Source of the DNA: Octopus vulgaris
Lineage: Eukaryota
Assembly (NCBI GenBank): GCA_951406725.2
Contig: OX597830.1
Coordinates: 36,394,001-36,458,000, forward strand
Length of the DNA stretch: 64,000 nt
Reading direction: 5' to 3'
Made by a program: the position numbers and the translations under genes. This document shows positions 44,187-58,503 of this stretch, in pieces. A model generated the notes under the pieces. The model had not been told where the DNA came from. It was given only the letters and a program-made list of their open reading frames with translations, and made no database searches. Numbering within the stretch: the stretch's first letter is position 1; each line of letters opens with the position of its first letter.

Positions 44187-44945
44187 GGCGGTGAGCTGGC
44201 AAAAACGTTAGCACTCCGGGCGAAATGCGTAGCCGTATTTCGTCTGCCGCTACGTTCTGAGTTCAAATTCCGCCGAGGTCGACTTTGCCTTTCATCCTTT
44301 CGGGGTGGATAAATTAAGTACTAGTTACGCACTAGGGTCGATCTAATCGGCTTAATCCGTTTGTCTGCCCTTGTTTGTCCCCTCTGTGTTTAGCCCCTTG
44401 TGGGTAGTAAAGAAATAGGTATTTCGTCTGCCGCTACGTTCTGAGTTCAAATTCCGCCGAGGTCGACTTTGCCTTTCATCCTTTCGGGATCGATAAATTA
44501 GATACCAGTCACGCACTGGGGTCGATCTTATCGACTTAATCCGTTTGTCTGCTCTTGTTTGTCCCCTCTGTGTTTAGCCACTTGTGGGTAGTAAAGAAAT
44601 AGGTATTTCGTCTGCCGTTACGTTCTGAGTTCAAATTCCGCCGAGGTCGACTTTGCCTTTCATCCTTTCGGGGTCTATAAATTAAGTACTAGTTACGCAC
44701 TAGGGTCGATCTAATCGACTTAATCCCTTTGTCTGTCCTTGTTTTCCCCCTCTCTGTTTAGCCCTTTGTGGGCAATAAACAAATAAGAAACGTTAGCACA
44801 CTGGGCGAAATGCTTTACGTTGTGTGTTCAAATTCCACCGAGGTCGACTTTGCATTTCATCTTTTCGAGGTCGGTAAATTAAGTACCAGTTGCGTACTGG
44901 GGTCGATCTAATCGACTGGGACCCTCCCCAAAAATTCCAGTCAAG
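44187..44945 (+). mobile_element. SINE family C with a 184-bp body repeated x3 in tandem, plus a further partial copy
   Basis: GTATTTCGTCTGCCG at 44235, 44419 and 44603; the core GTCGACTTTGCCTTTCATCCTTTCGGGG resembles the Nin/Deu SINE domain. Confidence 0.9.
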
Positions 44946-45001
44946 AATATTTAGTCAGCAGTTCAGAGACGATGTACGCGATTTATTATTAAACATTCTG
45001 T

Positions 45002-45460
45002 GGAGACGTGTGACTTAGTAGTTAGGGTGCTGGACTCATGATTGTATGATTGCGGTTTCGATTCCTAGACCGGGTAATGCATTGTGTTCTTGAGCAAAAC
45101 ACTTCCTTTCACGTTGCTCAAGTCCACTCAGCTGGCAAAAACGTAAGGCGGTGAGCTGGCAGAATCGTTAGCACGCCGAGCAAAATGCTTAGCAGCATTT
45201 CGTCCGTCGCGACGTTCTGAGTTCAAATTCCGCCGGGGTCGATTTTGCCTTTCATCCTTTCGGGGTGAATTAAGTACCAGTGAAACATTGAGGTCGATGT
45301 AGTTGACTTATCCCCCTCCCCACAAATTTCAGGCCTTGTTCCTTTAGTAGAAACGATTTCTGATGACGGTGAGCTGGCAGGATCGTTAGCACGTCGAACA
45401 AAATGATTAGCGGCATTTCTTCCGGATCTTTACATTCCATCATCAAATTACCTCGGAAGC
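45002..45460 (+). mobile_element. SINE B head interrupted by SINE C copies
   Basis: B at 45002-45143, C at 45146-45355, C fragment at 45365-45460. Confidence 0.8.
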
Positions 45461-45766
45461 TTCTCATCTGATGGTTACGGTCTTTTTATAATGATGTTTT
45501 GTTTTCATTCTTCTATTAAAAGTTACGTAAGAAACAGCTGCAATGAGCTGACAATTACCCATCGTATGTTATTATTCATTTGATTATATATACACACGCA
45601 CGCACGCACACATACACACACGCATACATATACATATATATACTATGAATTCGTTATATCTATATCAGTATTAATATTAATATCTGTATTCATAAAATGT
45701 ATTTCCCACGTTGTAAAGAAACATGTGTAGCTACGGAATTAAAGTAATAGCATGAATTCCAATTTT

Positions 45767-45853
<87 letters not shown>

Positions 45854-46649
45854 CAAACATATACATATGCATATAAGACTTGTTGGTGCTACCAGCAGAA
45901 CATGTTAAGGCTGCGAATGTGTATATTGAAAATATAAAGTCATGTTAGACAGATGAATATTTTCTATAAGATTTTAATATCGAAAGTAAATCTAATCTGA
46001 CTTATAACAATGATATCTCAGTCGAGTCTAAAATTGAGATAGGAAAAGCTATTTTAACTTCAATGAAAGTAACACGATATTCAATGATATTCCAATTATA
46101 TTACAATGATATTGTAATGATATTCCAATGATATTTCAATGATACACCGAGAGAGTGAGAGAGAGAGAGACAGAGAGAAATACATCAAAAACACCGATAA
46201 CAAATGTGACAGCGAGAAGCAAGCAAATACAAAAGATTGGAGAAGCTATTCAGATGTAAGTCCAATTTATCTCTTTCGTTTTTCTTCTCGAAATAACAGA
46301 ATAACAGAATAACAGAATGCAAAAAAGGAAAGTAAAATAAACGAAGATGCAGATCAAGAAAAAAAACATTAAAAATAAAACAAAGAAAAAGGGGGAGAAA
46401 TTATGAAGGAATATATTAGGAAAGTTCTGGGGGGTGGGGTGCCTTTTTGTTTTTGTTTTGTTTCTTGTTTTGCTCTGTTTTTGTTTTTTTTGTGGGGGGG
46501 GGGTTCTGTGTTGACCGATGTCCCTAATGTTGACAGCAAGTCCGCAATATCTCCAATATCATTAACAACAATAACAATAACAATGGCAAATCTATTGAGG
46601 ACAGTAACAACAACAGACAAATGATTCTCATGTTGGTTTTTGTATATAC

Positions 46650-46734
<85 letters not shown>

Positions 46735-46754
46735 AATATATATATGTATGTATG

Positions 46755-46821
<67 letters not shown>

Positions 46822-46900
46822 ATATACATGTGTGTGTATATATATATGTATATATGTACGCACACACACATATATGTATATATATATATATGTGTGTGTA

Positions 46901-46931
<31 letters not shown>

Positions 46932-47099
46932 GTACAAGTATTTTCATATAATGTATGCGTGTGAGTAGGTAGTGATAGATAGATAAATATATTATATATA
47001 CGTATATACGTACTTATGCATATATAAACACATACTTATAAAAAAAGAAATACATATACGTATCTCTATATACATACACACATACACAAACACACACAC

Positions 47100-47152
<53 letters not shown>

Positions 47153-47303
47153 CATACACACACACTTATAAATATACTTAGGTAAATTTATGCATATATA
47201 TATACATATACCAAAATATATGAATATATACGCTTGCCTGTGTATATATATATAGAGAGAGAGAGAGAGGGGGGTAGATAGATAGATAGATAGATAGATA
47301 GAC

Positions 47304-47388
<85 letters not shown>

Positions 47389-47699
47389 TGTATTTATGTC
47401 CATGTGTGCGTACGTAAGGTGAGGGTGACTGTAGGACTGATCTCTTGTAAATCAAGCTACCTGATATTATTCTACTTATTCACTGGGAGATGATTCACTC
47501 AAGCGAAACATCCCATCATTCATTGCAGCTGCTGTTGCGGCCGCCATACATGTTTCTTCATTTGCATTCTCTCGGCTTTTGTTCTTTTTTTCTTTTTTTT
47601 TTTTGGTTTTGTTTTATATCTTATCTTCTGGGTTTTCTTTGTTTGTTTGTTTGTTGGTTTGTTTTTTTTCATTTTTTGTTCAATTGCTTACGTACTATC

Positions 47700-47948
47700 G
47701 TTATTGTTGTTGTTGTTGTTGCTGTTACAGTTTTCTCTGTTGATGTTTCGTCGACTGTGGCGAAGACGACGATGGACGACCACGACGTCGACGACCACGA
47801 CGGATACACTGATGATGATAAGGATGATGATGAGGGGTGAGGGAAGATAATGATGATGATGAGGAGGAGGAGGAGCAGGAGGAGGAGGAGCAGGAGGAGG
47901 AAGAGCAGGATTGTTGCAATTGTTTGCCTTGTTATTGAGGTGGTCGTG

Positions 47949-48006
<58 letters not shown>

Positions 48007-48393
48007 CAGCAGCAGCAGTTTTATTAGTAGTAGCAGTAGTAGTGACAGTAACATCTACTGCTTTTGTTTTTGTTGTTGTTGTATTTTAAGGTTGCTTTTA
48101 CGACATTGTTAGAGGTAGGCAAAGGAGACCAATTTTGCTGTTGATATTGTCGTTGTTGTTCTTGTAGATGCCGTTGATGATGATGATGATGATGATGATC
48201 TTGTTGCTGCTGTTGTTGTTGATGATGATGATGAGGATGATGATGATGATGATCTTGTTGCTGCTGTTGTTGATGATGATGATGATGACGATGGTGATGA
48301 TGATGATGACGATGACGATGATGATGATGATGGTGATGATGGTGATGATGAGGATGAGGATGATGATGATGATCTTGTTGCTGCTGTTGTTGT

Positions 48394-48443
<50 letters not shown>

Positions 48444-48694
48444 GTGATGATGGTGATGATGAGGATGAAGATGATGATGATGATCTTGTTGCTGTTGTTG
48501 TTGTTGATGATGATGATGATGATGATGGGGATGATGATGACGACGACGACGACGACGACGATGATGATGATGATGATGATGATGTTGATGATGATGATGA
48601 TGATGTTGCTGATGCCGCGACTGCAGTTGTTATTTTTTGTTGATGTTGATGTTGTTGTTCTTGCTGCTGCTGTACTTGTTGTTGATGATGATGA

Positions 48695-48790
<96 letters not shown>
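47700..48790. repeat. Compound (GAT/GTT/GTA/GAG) tract with higher-order units
   Basis: GATGATCTTGTTGCTG(C/T)TGTTG recurs four times in 48195-48500. Confidence 0.9.
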
Positions 48791-48791
<1 letters not shown>

Positions 48792-49266
48792 CCTTCCCAT
48801 TTCTCCCTTAAGGTTTCACCAATACTTCATTGCGACAGACATTTCAGAAAATTGATGAATCATTCCAGAAGAGAATTGATATATCGTAACGTTACGTAAT
48901 GACCTTACACAACCTGTATGTACGCTTCTGTATATGTCTGTGTGTCTGTATTAATGTATGTAAGCATGTATGTATATATCTATCTATGTATTTATATGTA
49001 TATATATATATGTATGTGTGTATGCGTGTAAGTATGTATATACATATGTACGTGTATAAATGCATATGTATATATATACATATATACATATATGCATGTG
49101 CATGTGTATATGCACATATATATACATATATAAATATATATATATGTGTGTATATGTGTATACATATATATATGTATATAAATGTATATACGTATATACA
49201 TGTATATATGCATATATGCATGTGTGTGTGTGAGTGTGTATGCGCGTCTCGTGTACGTTCATATGC

Positions 49267-49340
<74 letters not shown>

Positions 49341-49348
49341 ATATACAT

Positions 49349-49394
<46 letters not shown>

Positions 49395-49886
49395 TATACA
49401 TATATGGATATAGATATATAATGTATGCGTGTGTCTGTCTTGTTGATGTCATGATAATTCATAAACTTCCGAGAGAACATGGAATAATTCTATTTTGGAA
49501 CAGTGGGTCTAGAAGCAAATAAAGCTATAAATATTAAGCTGAGAAGCCTTCTTCTATAAACCCACGGGCCACTTAACTAAAAGAGCGTTTTCTACCCAGT
49601 GTTTCCTTACTATTATTTACAGCTTGATATGAGGTAGCTAACTGGCAGAACCGTTAGGACACCGGTCAAAATCTTAGCAGCATATCGTCCGTCCTTAACT
49701 TTCGAAATTCAAATTCTACCGAAGTTGACTTCGTCGATAAAATAAGTAACGGTCAAGTGTCGGGTTCGATATAATCGACTAGCCCCATCCACGAAAATTT
49801 CAGGCCTTGCGCCTATTGTAGAAAAATTATTTATAGCTTTATATGTACTTCGAGAACCAATTCCTAAAAAGAATTTCACACACACA

Positions 49887-49961
<75 letters not shown>

Positions 49962-50160
49962 CTTTTACTTATTTCAGTTAGTTGACTGCGGCCATGCTGG
50001 GGCACCGCCTTTGGTCGAACAAATCGACCTCAGGACTTATTCTTTGTAGGCCTAGTATTTATTCTATCGATATCTTTGGCCGAACCGCTAGATTACGGGG
50101 ACGTAAACACCCCAACATCGGTTGTCAAGCCATGGTGGGGGGTACAAACACGGACACACA

Positions 50161-50238
<78 letters not shown>

Positions 50239-50246
<8 letters not shown>

Positions 50247-50836
50247 AAGTATTAATTTATAAAAATATGGTAAAGTAAAAAAATTCACTTTACCGCACAC
50301 CGAACTTTTCAGAAATAGCAGCCAAAAATTTGGCTATTTCTTCAACTGCAAGTAAAAGTCTCCAGACAATGCATACTCAGAAAATAACTCACATAGGTAT
50401 AAGGGAAAAATAATAAAAGATCGCATCCATATAAGATACCCGAGAACAGCCTGTTTCTGGATTCGTGGGTTAAACGCCACTTTTCCTTCATCAGCTCAGA
50501 GATTTCTTCTGATTTGGATTTGAAAATACTAAGAACCAAACATACCTATCCGATATCTGTAACATCGGACAAACTATGCTGGACACCCAGTACTAGCGAA
50601 TCCAAAAATACAAATGAGATCTATCATTCTCCCTGTCCACCCACGTGAGTCATAGAGTAGTGCATTTCTACAGAGGCGAAAACTGTAGTTCAAATTCTTG
50701 GAGAGAAAGCATTATATTGTCAGTAAAAAAGGGTAGAATTAATTAATTGTTAATCAATTCGACCAAGCAGTATTCGGTATGTAAAAGGACCATTTACGGT
50801 ATATTTGAAGTATTAATTTATAAAAATTGGTCGAAT

Positions 50837-50840
<4 letters not shown>
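50239..50840 (-). mobile_element. Retrozyme-like unit: 561-bp monomer, ~28-bp terminal redundancy, 14-bp inverted tail
   Basis: TATTTGAAGTATTAATTTATAAAAAT at 50241 and 50802; TTGGTCGAATTGAT at 50827-50840 is the reverse complement of 50753-50766. Confidence 0.8.
50439..50500 (-). ncRNA. Type-I hammerhead ribozyme, intact core
   Basis: UCUGAG-CUGAUGA-A-GGA AAA GUGG..CCAC GAA UCC-A-GAAAC-AGGCU-GUU-CUCGGG. Confidence 0.8.
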
Positions 50841-50923
<83 letters not shown>

Positions 50924-51134
50924 ACAGGCTTCTTTCAGTTTCTATCGACCAAATCCACTCACAAGGCTTTGGTCGGCCCGAGCCTATAGTAGAAGACACT
51001 TGCCCAAGGTGCCACGCGGCGAGACTGGACCTAGAACCATATGGTTGGTAAGCAAGCTTCTTATCATACAGCCACTCCTGTACCATATTCTTACCACACA
51101 GCCATATATATATATATATTGTTTTCTTTTTTAT

Positions 51135-51902
51135 ATATACATATAGCGGCGTACGTACACTCTTGGTCTCCTGTATTTAAGTACATATATATATCTAAAT
51201 TCTGTACGACTCTCTTACTCTTTCTTTTAGCCCCCTTCACACTTCTTCGTTCTTTCCACTTTTCTTTTTCTCGCTCCCCTTCTCTCACATTTCTTGGCCT
51301 TCCCTTCATTCTCACTTTCCCTCTTCTTTTACCTCACTCTGTCCCTCTTTCCTTTCTTTTTCTCTTTCTCGTCCCTCCCTAATTCTTCAGTCCCTCTGTC
51401 CCTACTTCTCTTCCACGTGACTAGTGTTCCGCCAAGCCTGACCTTTCTTTCCTGGTTCGACTACCATCCGTGTTGCATCTCTTATATTCCTTCCCATGAC
51501 TTTCACTTCTTATGTTCCTGCCGTAAGGATTCACTTCCACACACGCCAGCTTAATTTAATTCGTACTTAGTAGAAAGACACCTGTTGTTAATGTCCTGTT
51601 GTTTGTATTTGCAATTGTGTACCATTTCTCCGTTTTTACGTCCTTGTTTTCGTATAAATTCGCTTGCTTTCTTCCAAGGAATCTAGTGTTCATAGTTTAG
51701 ATTTTCTAGGGGCCTGCTAGATTGGAGCAGTCACGAGTGTAACCAGCCGGAACTGCAAAGATAATCTGGTATTCGACTGAGGATAGGAAGCTCCGAATGA
51801 CTTGGCCTTGTTTTTTTTTCCTGTCCTTTTTTGTATCGTCTAACTATCCGGATGTTTTGTTGTCGCCTGTTACATTCTTGTTCCATTTTTTGCTTTCTTG
51901 TT
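51135..51902. mobile_element. (TA)n-flanked pyrimidine-skewed repeat with an HHR-like remnant at ~51777-51805
   Basis: CUGAGGA-UA-GGA AGC UCC-GAAU; stems I and III are not recoverable. Confidence 0.4.
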
Positions 51903-51983
51903 TATATATATATATATGTGTGTGTGTGTATATATATACATACATACATATACATATGTATATAGACATATGTATATATATGC

Positions 51984-52017
<34 letters not shown>

Positions 52018-52126
52018 GTGCATATATATATATATGTATATATATATTCCTTTATTATATATATATATATATAAAGGTGGTGCTCCAGCATGGCCACAGT
52101 CAAATGACTGAAACAAGTAAAGAAAA

Positions 52127-52184
<58 letters not shown>

Positions 52185-52616
52185 TTACTTAGTTGGAAAT
52201 GGATGTGTATGTGGAGTAGATAAACAGCCGACAACTGATGAAGGGTCGTTCATTATGTTACTTATCTTGTTTTCCTTTTGTTTCTCTCGTTGTTCGCAAA
52301 AAAAAGTTTGTCTTCGTATTTCATGTTGTTTACGTTTTGTGACGTCCCGTACCCATATGTGCTCTATATACATATATATGTCATTATGTACATATATGTA
52401 TGTATATATGCCTATATATATATACACACACACAAAGCTTCTATAATTATAAGCATGATTATAATTAGGGTTCAGCAAAATTGCTTCACCACATACCGAA
52501 ATTTAGAAATAGCAGTTAAATACAATTCCACTACCATAAGATATCTCCCAGACAGCAATAGTCCCAACTCACGCAGGTGAAGAGATAAAAATAACGAATC
52601 CACCCGGCTTTGATCA

Positions 52617-52690
52617 ATTATATACGCGTTTCTGAATTAAAGAGATGTAAAATTTTATTTTCACTCATTTATTTCCGTTTTCAGTATAGT
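52617..52690 (-). ncRNA. Hammerhead (G8A in this copy) in element 52432-52755
   Basis: ACUAUA-CUGAAAA-CG GAAAUAAA UGAG...CUCUUUAAUUC A-GAAAC-GC-GUA-UAUAAU. Confidence 0.65.
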
Positions 52691-52784
52691 ATTTCAATTA
52701 TAAATTTGAGAGTGCTGATAATTAAAATATGCATTCGACCAAGCGCCATCGAATAGCATGGTTGTGTGGTAAGAAGCTTGATAA

Positions 52785-52829
<45 letters not shown>

Positions 52830-53083
52830 ATAAGATGCTCCCTGAGTCACAGAGACTTGTGGGGCTGGTTTACCGATTTCTACGATGAATCTATTACCCC
52901 TTGGACGAGATGCTAGTCTTCCGCAGGATTACTCACTTTGGGCAGCTGAGTGAACCGGAGCCACGTGAAATGAGTTGTTTTGCTCAAGAACACAATGCCC
53001 CACCCAGTTCAGGAATCGAAACCACAATCTTACGATCTTGAATCCAGCACACTAAGCTACACGCCTCCACCGTATTATATATG

Positions 53084-53129
<46 letters not shown>

Positions 53130-53361
53130 CATGTATGTATGTATGTATTCTTTTACTTGTCTCAGTCACTTGACTGCGACCATGCTGGAGCACCGCTTTT
53201 AATTGCACAAATAGACCCCAGGACTTATTCTTTGTAAGCCTAGAACTTATTTTATCGGTTTCTTTTGCTGAACCGCTAAGTTACGAGGACGCAAGCGCAC
53301 CAGCATTGGTTGTCAAGCGATGTTGGCGGGGGTACAAACAGAGACGCACAAACATAGAAAC

Positions 53362-53451
<90 letters not shown>

Positions 53452-53790
53452 GATGGGCTTCTTTTAATTTGTGTGTGTACGTGTGTGAAGGCGCATGGCT
53501 CAGTTATTAGCGTGTCGATCACAATCGTGAGTGAGTGAGTTCGGTTCCCGGACTAGGCTGTGTGTTGAGTTCTTGAGCAAGACACGTTATTTCACTTTGC
53601 TCCAGTTCACCCAGCTGTAGAAATGAGTTACCTCATCACTGGTGCCCAGCTGTGTCGGCCTTTGCCTTGGATAACATCAGTGGCGTGGAGAGGGGAGGCT
53701 GGTATACATGGGAAACTGCTGGTCTTCCATAAACAACCTTGCCCAGACTTACGCCATTTTCTTTGTGCAATCCCATGGTCATTCATGTGT
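52830..53790. mobile_element. SINE cluster: B(-) 52830-53070, A(-) 53150-53463, B(+) 53489-53786
   Basis: Match to other copies in the window. Confidence 0.8.
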
Positions 53791-54299
53791 GTGTGTGTGT
53801 GTGTAATTCTTTATATGCGTTGATGCATTTTGCAATCACAAGGTCCCAAGTTCAATACCAGCGCATAGTTTCTTTCACCATAACCACAAGCTGAGTATAA
53901 CTAGGTAAACGGAAACTGTACAGAAGCCTATTGGATGGAATTTACCTGTAATTCAAAAGTTCAGCCTTGTAACACATTGAGAATTACATTAAGTGCATTG
54001 TGTCTGCGGAAGTCTCAGGCACTAAAACTGTTTGATTTACTAAACAGGTAACTCAGTTGATCGAACGGCTGAATATTCATCATCGAAAACGACGGAGAAC
54101 ACATCTTCTGCTTTTCTGATTCCCAGAGCAATGCTTGTGATAACACTGGGGCCAAGCTCAATTGGTCCAAGTCAGCTGTCTTTCTCTTGGCTAGGCATCG
54201 GTGATATTAAGATAGGAGACATATATGCAGGGATAAATTCCGCCGATGCCGACTTTCCCTTTCGTTTTTGTATTTGATTTTCAAGATTCTTTATGTGAA

Positions 54300-54435
54300 T
54301 TCGTGTGTTGAAGCATATCTTATTTTGTCTGGGCAGAGTCATTCTCTTTTAGTCCCTTATTATCTAACACACTCACCGGTTCAGTTTCCACTCATTTACT
54401 TTTTTCTATTTTTTCTAAAATTTTCATTGAGTTCT
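54300..54435 (-). repeat. Inverted copy of the 56060-56210 repeat
   Basis: GAGTCATTCTCTTTTAGT..TTTCCACTCATTTA..TTTTTCTAAAATTTTCATTG is the reverse complement of ~56093-56185. Confidence 0.75.
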
Positions 54436-54475
54436 TTTTGTTTGTTTGTCTGTCTGTGCGCATGTGTGTGCGTCG

Positions 54476-54532
<57 letters not shown>

Positions 54533-55019
54533 CGGGCTTCATTCAGAGGCTTTGGTTGATCGGGGCTAGAGTGGAACCGAACCCGGAACCATGTGGTTTG
54601 GAAGCAAATATCTGAAAATTAAAAGTTAGGACAGCAAAGGTGGAATGTCATTAATAATAGGTCTTTCTGAATCAGGGACAACCTGGGGCTAAACAGCCAA
54701 GTGTGACTGCCTCTACTTGGTAACTATAACTAGTAAAAACAGCAGCCAAATACCCCTCAAATTACTCCTCCATTGTCTTGGGAAAGATCTTATTGGATTA
54801 TGTTGTCCTGGGTTACTGCACATATGTAAAAGACGTGATGGTCAAATCTGGAATGTCTTCGATCAAAGATATGCATGATGACCTGGAAGTAAATAGCACA
54901 TTTTTTTTCCTATGTTCACTGTCTTTCGCTAATTCTCACCCGATAGAGATCTCAACTAAAGTTACATAACTCTTTAAAAATATTTCTTAGAGTTATCTCC
55001 CTTGTAGATATAAAAGTAA

Positions 55020-55548
55020 ACAAATAGACATACCAAGGAACACGTACATATGTAATATGAACAGACAAGCACACACACATACGCAAATGAAGAAACACAT
55101 GAACGTGTACACACACACTTCACTTCACACAAGGACACATGGAGACACACGTCCACACATATGGAGATACACATCCATACATACAGACAGTGGACATAAT
55201 CACAAAAACGCATACACACACACACACACACACTCAGGCATGCACACACAAGGAGGCAGAGGTATACACACACATAGAAACACACAAACACGAACACACA
55301 AGCACACAAAGACAAGAATATGCAGAATACATACATACAAACGTACACACATACATATATACATACGCACACACACATACATACATACATGCATACACAC
55401 TTACGTACATGCCTGCACACATACATACATCCATACACAATACATACATACATACATACATACATACATACATACATACATACATACATACATGCATGCA
55501 TGTATACATACATACATACATACATACATGCATGCATACATACATACA

Positions 55549-55582
<34 letters not shown>

Positions 55583-56020
55583 CATACATACATGCATACA
55601 CACATACACACATACATACATACATGCATACATACATGCATACATACACACACACATGCATACATACATACATACATACATACATACACATACACACATG
55701 CATACACACATACATACATACATGCATACACACATACATACATACATACATACATACATACATACATACATACATACATACATACATACATGCATACATG
55801 CATACACACATACACATACATACATACATACATACATACATACATACATACATACATACATACATAAATACATACATGCATACATGCATGCATACATACA
55901 TACATACATACATACATACATACATACATACATACATACATACATACATACATACATACATACATACATACATGCATACATACATGTGTATGCGCACACA
56001 CACTGACCCACACACACATG
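55020..56020. repeat. ~1-kb (ATAC)n/(CA)n microsatellite
   Basis: Direct reading; source of the 372-aa and 332-aa pseudo-ORFs. Confidence 0.95.
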
Positions 56021-56071
56021 CGCAAAAACAAACAAAAAGAACGCAGTTCCGATAACGGACAGAGTCAAAAA

Positions 56072-56108
56072 CCATTGAAAAGGTTGCAACACGCAATGAA
56101 AATTTTAG
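56072..56108 (+). ncRNA. Candidate hammerhead with U3-A8 covariation
   Basis: CCA-UUGAAAA-G-GUUGC AACAC GCAAU-GAAAA-UUU-UAG; stem I has one mismatch. Confidence 0.45.
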
Positions 56109-56865
56109 AAAAATAAATAATTAAATGAGTGGAAATTTAATCGGTGTGTGTGTTAAATCATAAAACACTAAAAGCGAATGACTCCCCAGACACGACAGAA
56201 TATGCATTAATGATTTTCTTATTTGGCTAAGTCGCTATTGTCAATTGTAATTATTTCTAATTTTGGTACGAGACCTAGCAATTTTGAAGAGAGGGGCTAC
56301 TCAATTACACCGATTCCCAGTACTTGAAAAGTACTTATATTATCAAATGGACAAAAAGCAAAGTCGACCGCGACGGAATTTGAACTCCTAGCGTAAAAAC
56401 GGACGAAATGCAGTAAAGCATTTTGACCAACGTGCTAACGATTCTAGCAGCTCGCCTCCTTATTGTTAATTGTTATTAGAAATTAAGTGCATGGGCTCCT
56501 AAAATGAAACCATTGTGATTTTCAGTCAAAGTTGAGACTCACAGTTTTGACTACAGCAAAAATGAGATACTCCGATCAATCTACTGTAATAATTCTGCTT
56601 GTCATTACGTTACTTAGCTCGTCCGTAACGCTTTCAAGTAATTGGAGAAAAAAGAGAGAGAAAGAAAAAGGGAGAAGTATCCATGATGATGAGGGTAAAC
56701 AAAGGCAGATAGAGGGGAGGGAGAGATGATGGTGGTGGTGGTGGCGGTGGTGGTCAGATAGTGAAAAGTGTATATAGTTTTTACTGTGAGCCCGACACTC
56801 TGACCACTGAGTCATATATATACAATATATATTACATATGTTTCGAGGTTTATAGAACAACTTTA

Positions 56866-57097
56866 AGGCGGCGAGCTGACAGAAACGTTAGCACGCCGGG
56901 CAAAATGCGTAGCCGTATTTCGTCTGCCGTTACGTCCTGAGTTCAAATTCCGCCGAGGTTGACTTTGCCTTTCATCCTTTCGGGGTCGATTAAATAAGTA
57001 CCAGTTACCCACTGGGGTCGATGTAATCGACTTAATCCGTTTGTCTGTCCTTGTTTGTCCCCTCTGTGTTTAGCCCCTTGTGGGTAGTAAAGAAATA
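56866..57097 (+). mobile_element. SINE family C, full length (a further decayed copy at 56255-56460, minus strand)
   Basis: GGCGGCGAGCTG head, GAGTTCAAATTCC B-box. Confidence 0.9.
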
Positions 57098-57103
57098 ATA
57101 TAT

Positions 57104-57471
<368 letters not shown>

Positions 57472-57623
57472 GTATGTATGTGTGTATGTATGTATGTATG
57501 TATGTATGTATGTATGGATGGATGGATGGATGGATGGATGCATGCATGCATGTATTGTATATATATATGCGTGTGTGTGTGTATATATATATATTTATAT
57601 ACATATATACGTATATGTTTAGG

Positions 57624-57702
<79 letters not shown>

Positions 57703-57958
57703 TAACGGTAGAAATTGATATTAAACAATTAAAACCAGTAGCCTAGCATATTTTTTAAAAAGTTCGAAGATTAAAAAAATTTTTACATACAAAATTTAGA
57801 GGACTGACCACTAAAACTAAATGGCCTATATGCTAGATATAGACGTCAAAATCGCCATTTTCCACGAAGAATGTGTTCTCAACAAAAAAACTCAGCAAAA
57901 AGCCAAAGTGTAAAAATAAGCAAGACAAATGAAAATATACGAAGTAAAAAACGATTAC

Positions 57959-58033
57959 CTATGTACTAATTAGTTTCACTTGTTAATATTTATGTATATG
58001 GACACGTAAACATCTGCAAGATCATCAGCATAG
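57959..58033 (-). ncRNA. Type-I hammerhead ribozyme, intact core
   Basis: CUAUG-CUGAUGA-U-CUUG...CAAG-U-GAAAC-UAAUUA-GUA-CAUAG; palindromic stem III ACUAAUUAGU. Confidence 0.85.
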
Positions 58034-58429
58034 TCTGTCGTTTACAAAACACAATTTCCAGAACTAGATACAGGACTCTCAACCAAAATCCGGTATGTAT
58101 AAAGTTCTACAAATTATATTTATGTGTATCTTTCAAATGCCTTCACTTTGGCGCGCTGAAATCGGAAACTACTCTGCAGTTAATAAACAACAGCAGTCAA
58201 TTTACCGGTTAGAGAACATATTTTTATTTAAAATTAAATAAGGGTAGAAATTGATATTAATCAATTAAAACCAGTGGCCTAGCATGTTTTTTTTTTAAAT
58301 CCGAAGATTAAAAATTTTTTTACATACAAAATTTTACACATAAATATAATTTGTAGAACTTTACACATGCTGGATTTCGGTTGAGCGTCCTGTATCTAGT
58401 TCTGGAAATTGTGTTTTGTAAACGACAGA

Positions 58430-58503
58430 CTATGCTGATGATCTTGCAGATGTTTGCGTTCCATATACGTAAATAATGACAAGTAAAACTAATTAGTACA
58501 TAG
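58430..58503 (+). ncRNA. Inverted copy of the same hammerhead (G12A)
   Basis: CUAUG-CUGAUGA-U-CUUG...CAAG-U-AAAAC-UAAUUA-GUA-CAUAG. Confidence 0.75.

Larger units (their letters stand above)
49960..51085 (-). mobile_element. SINE family A split at its internal (TA)n by a retrozyme-like insertion
   Basis: Tail half 49960-50165, head half 50920-51085. Confidence 0.85.

Noticed and set aside
49630-49650. let-7-like seed TGAGGTAG (also ~59708)
   Set aside because: It lies at or within SINE heads; the rest of the mature miRNA and the hairpin are absent.
52225-52255. CUGAUGA hammerhead core in the 16795-17425 family
   Set aside because: There is no downstream GAAA or stem III, and a permuted type-II fold using the upstream GCUC-GAAA (16940-16955) fails to form stem I.
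54974-56096. Longest ORFs (372, 332 and 265 aa)
   Set aside because: They are translations of (ATAC)n/(CA)n. The same applies to all YIYI, VCVC, HTHT and LSIY ORFs in the track.
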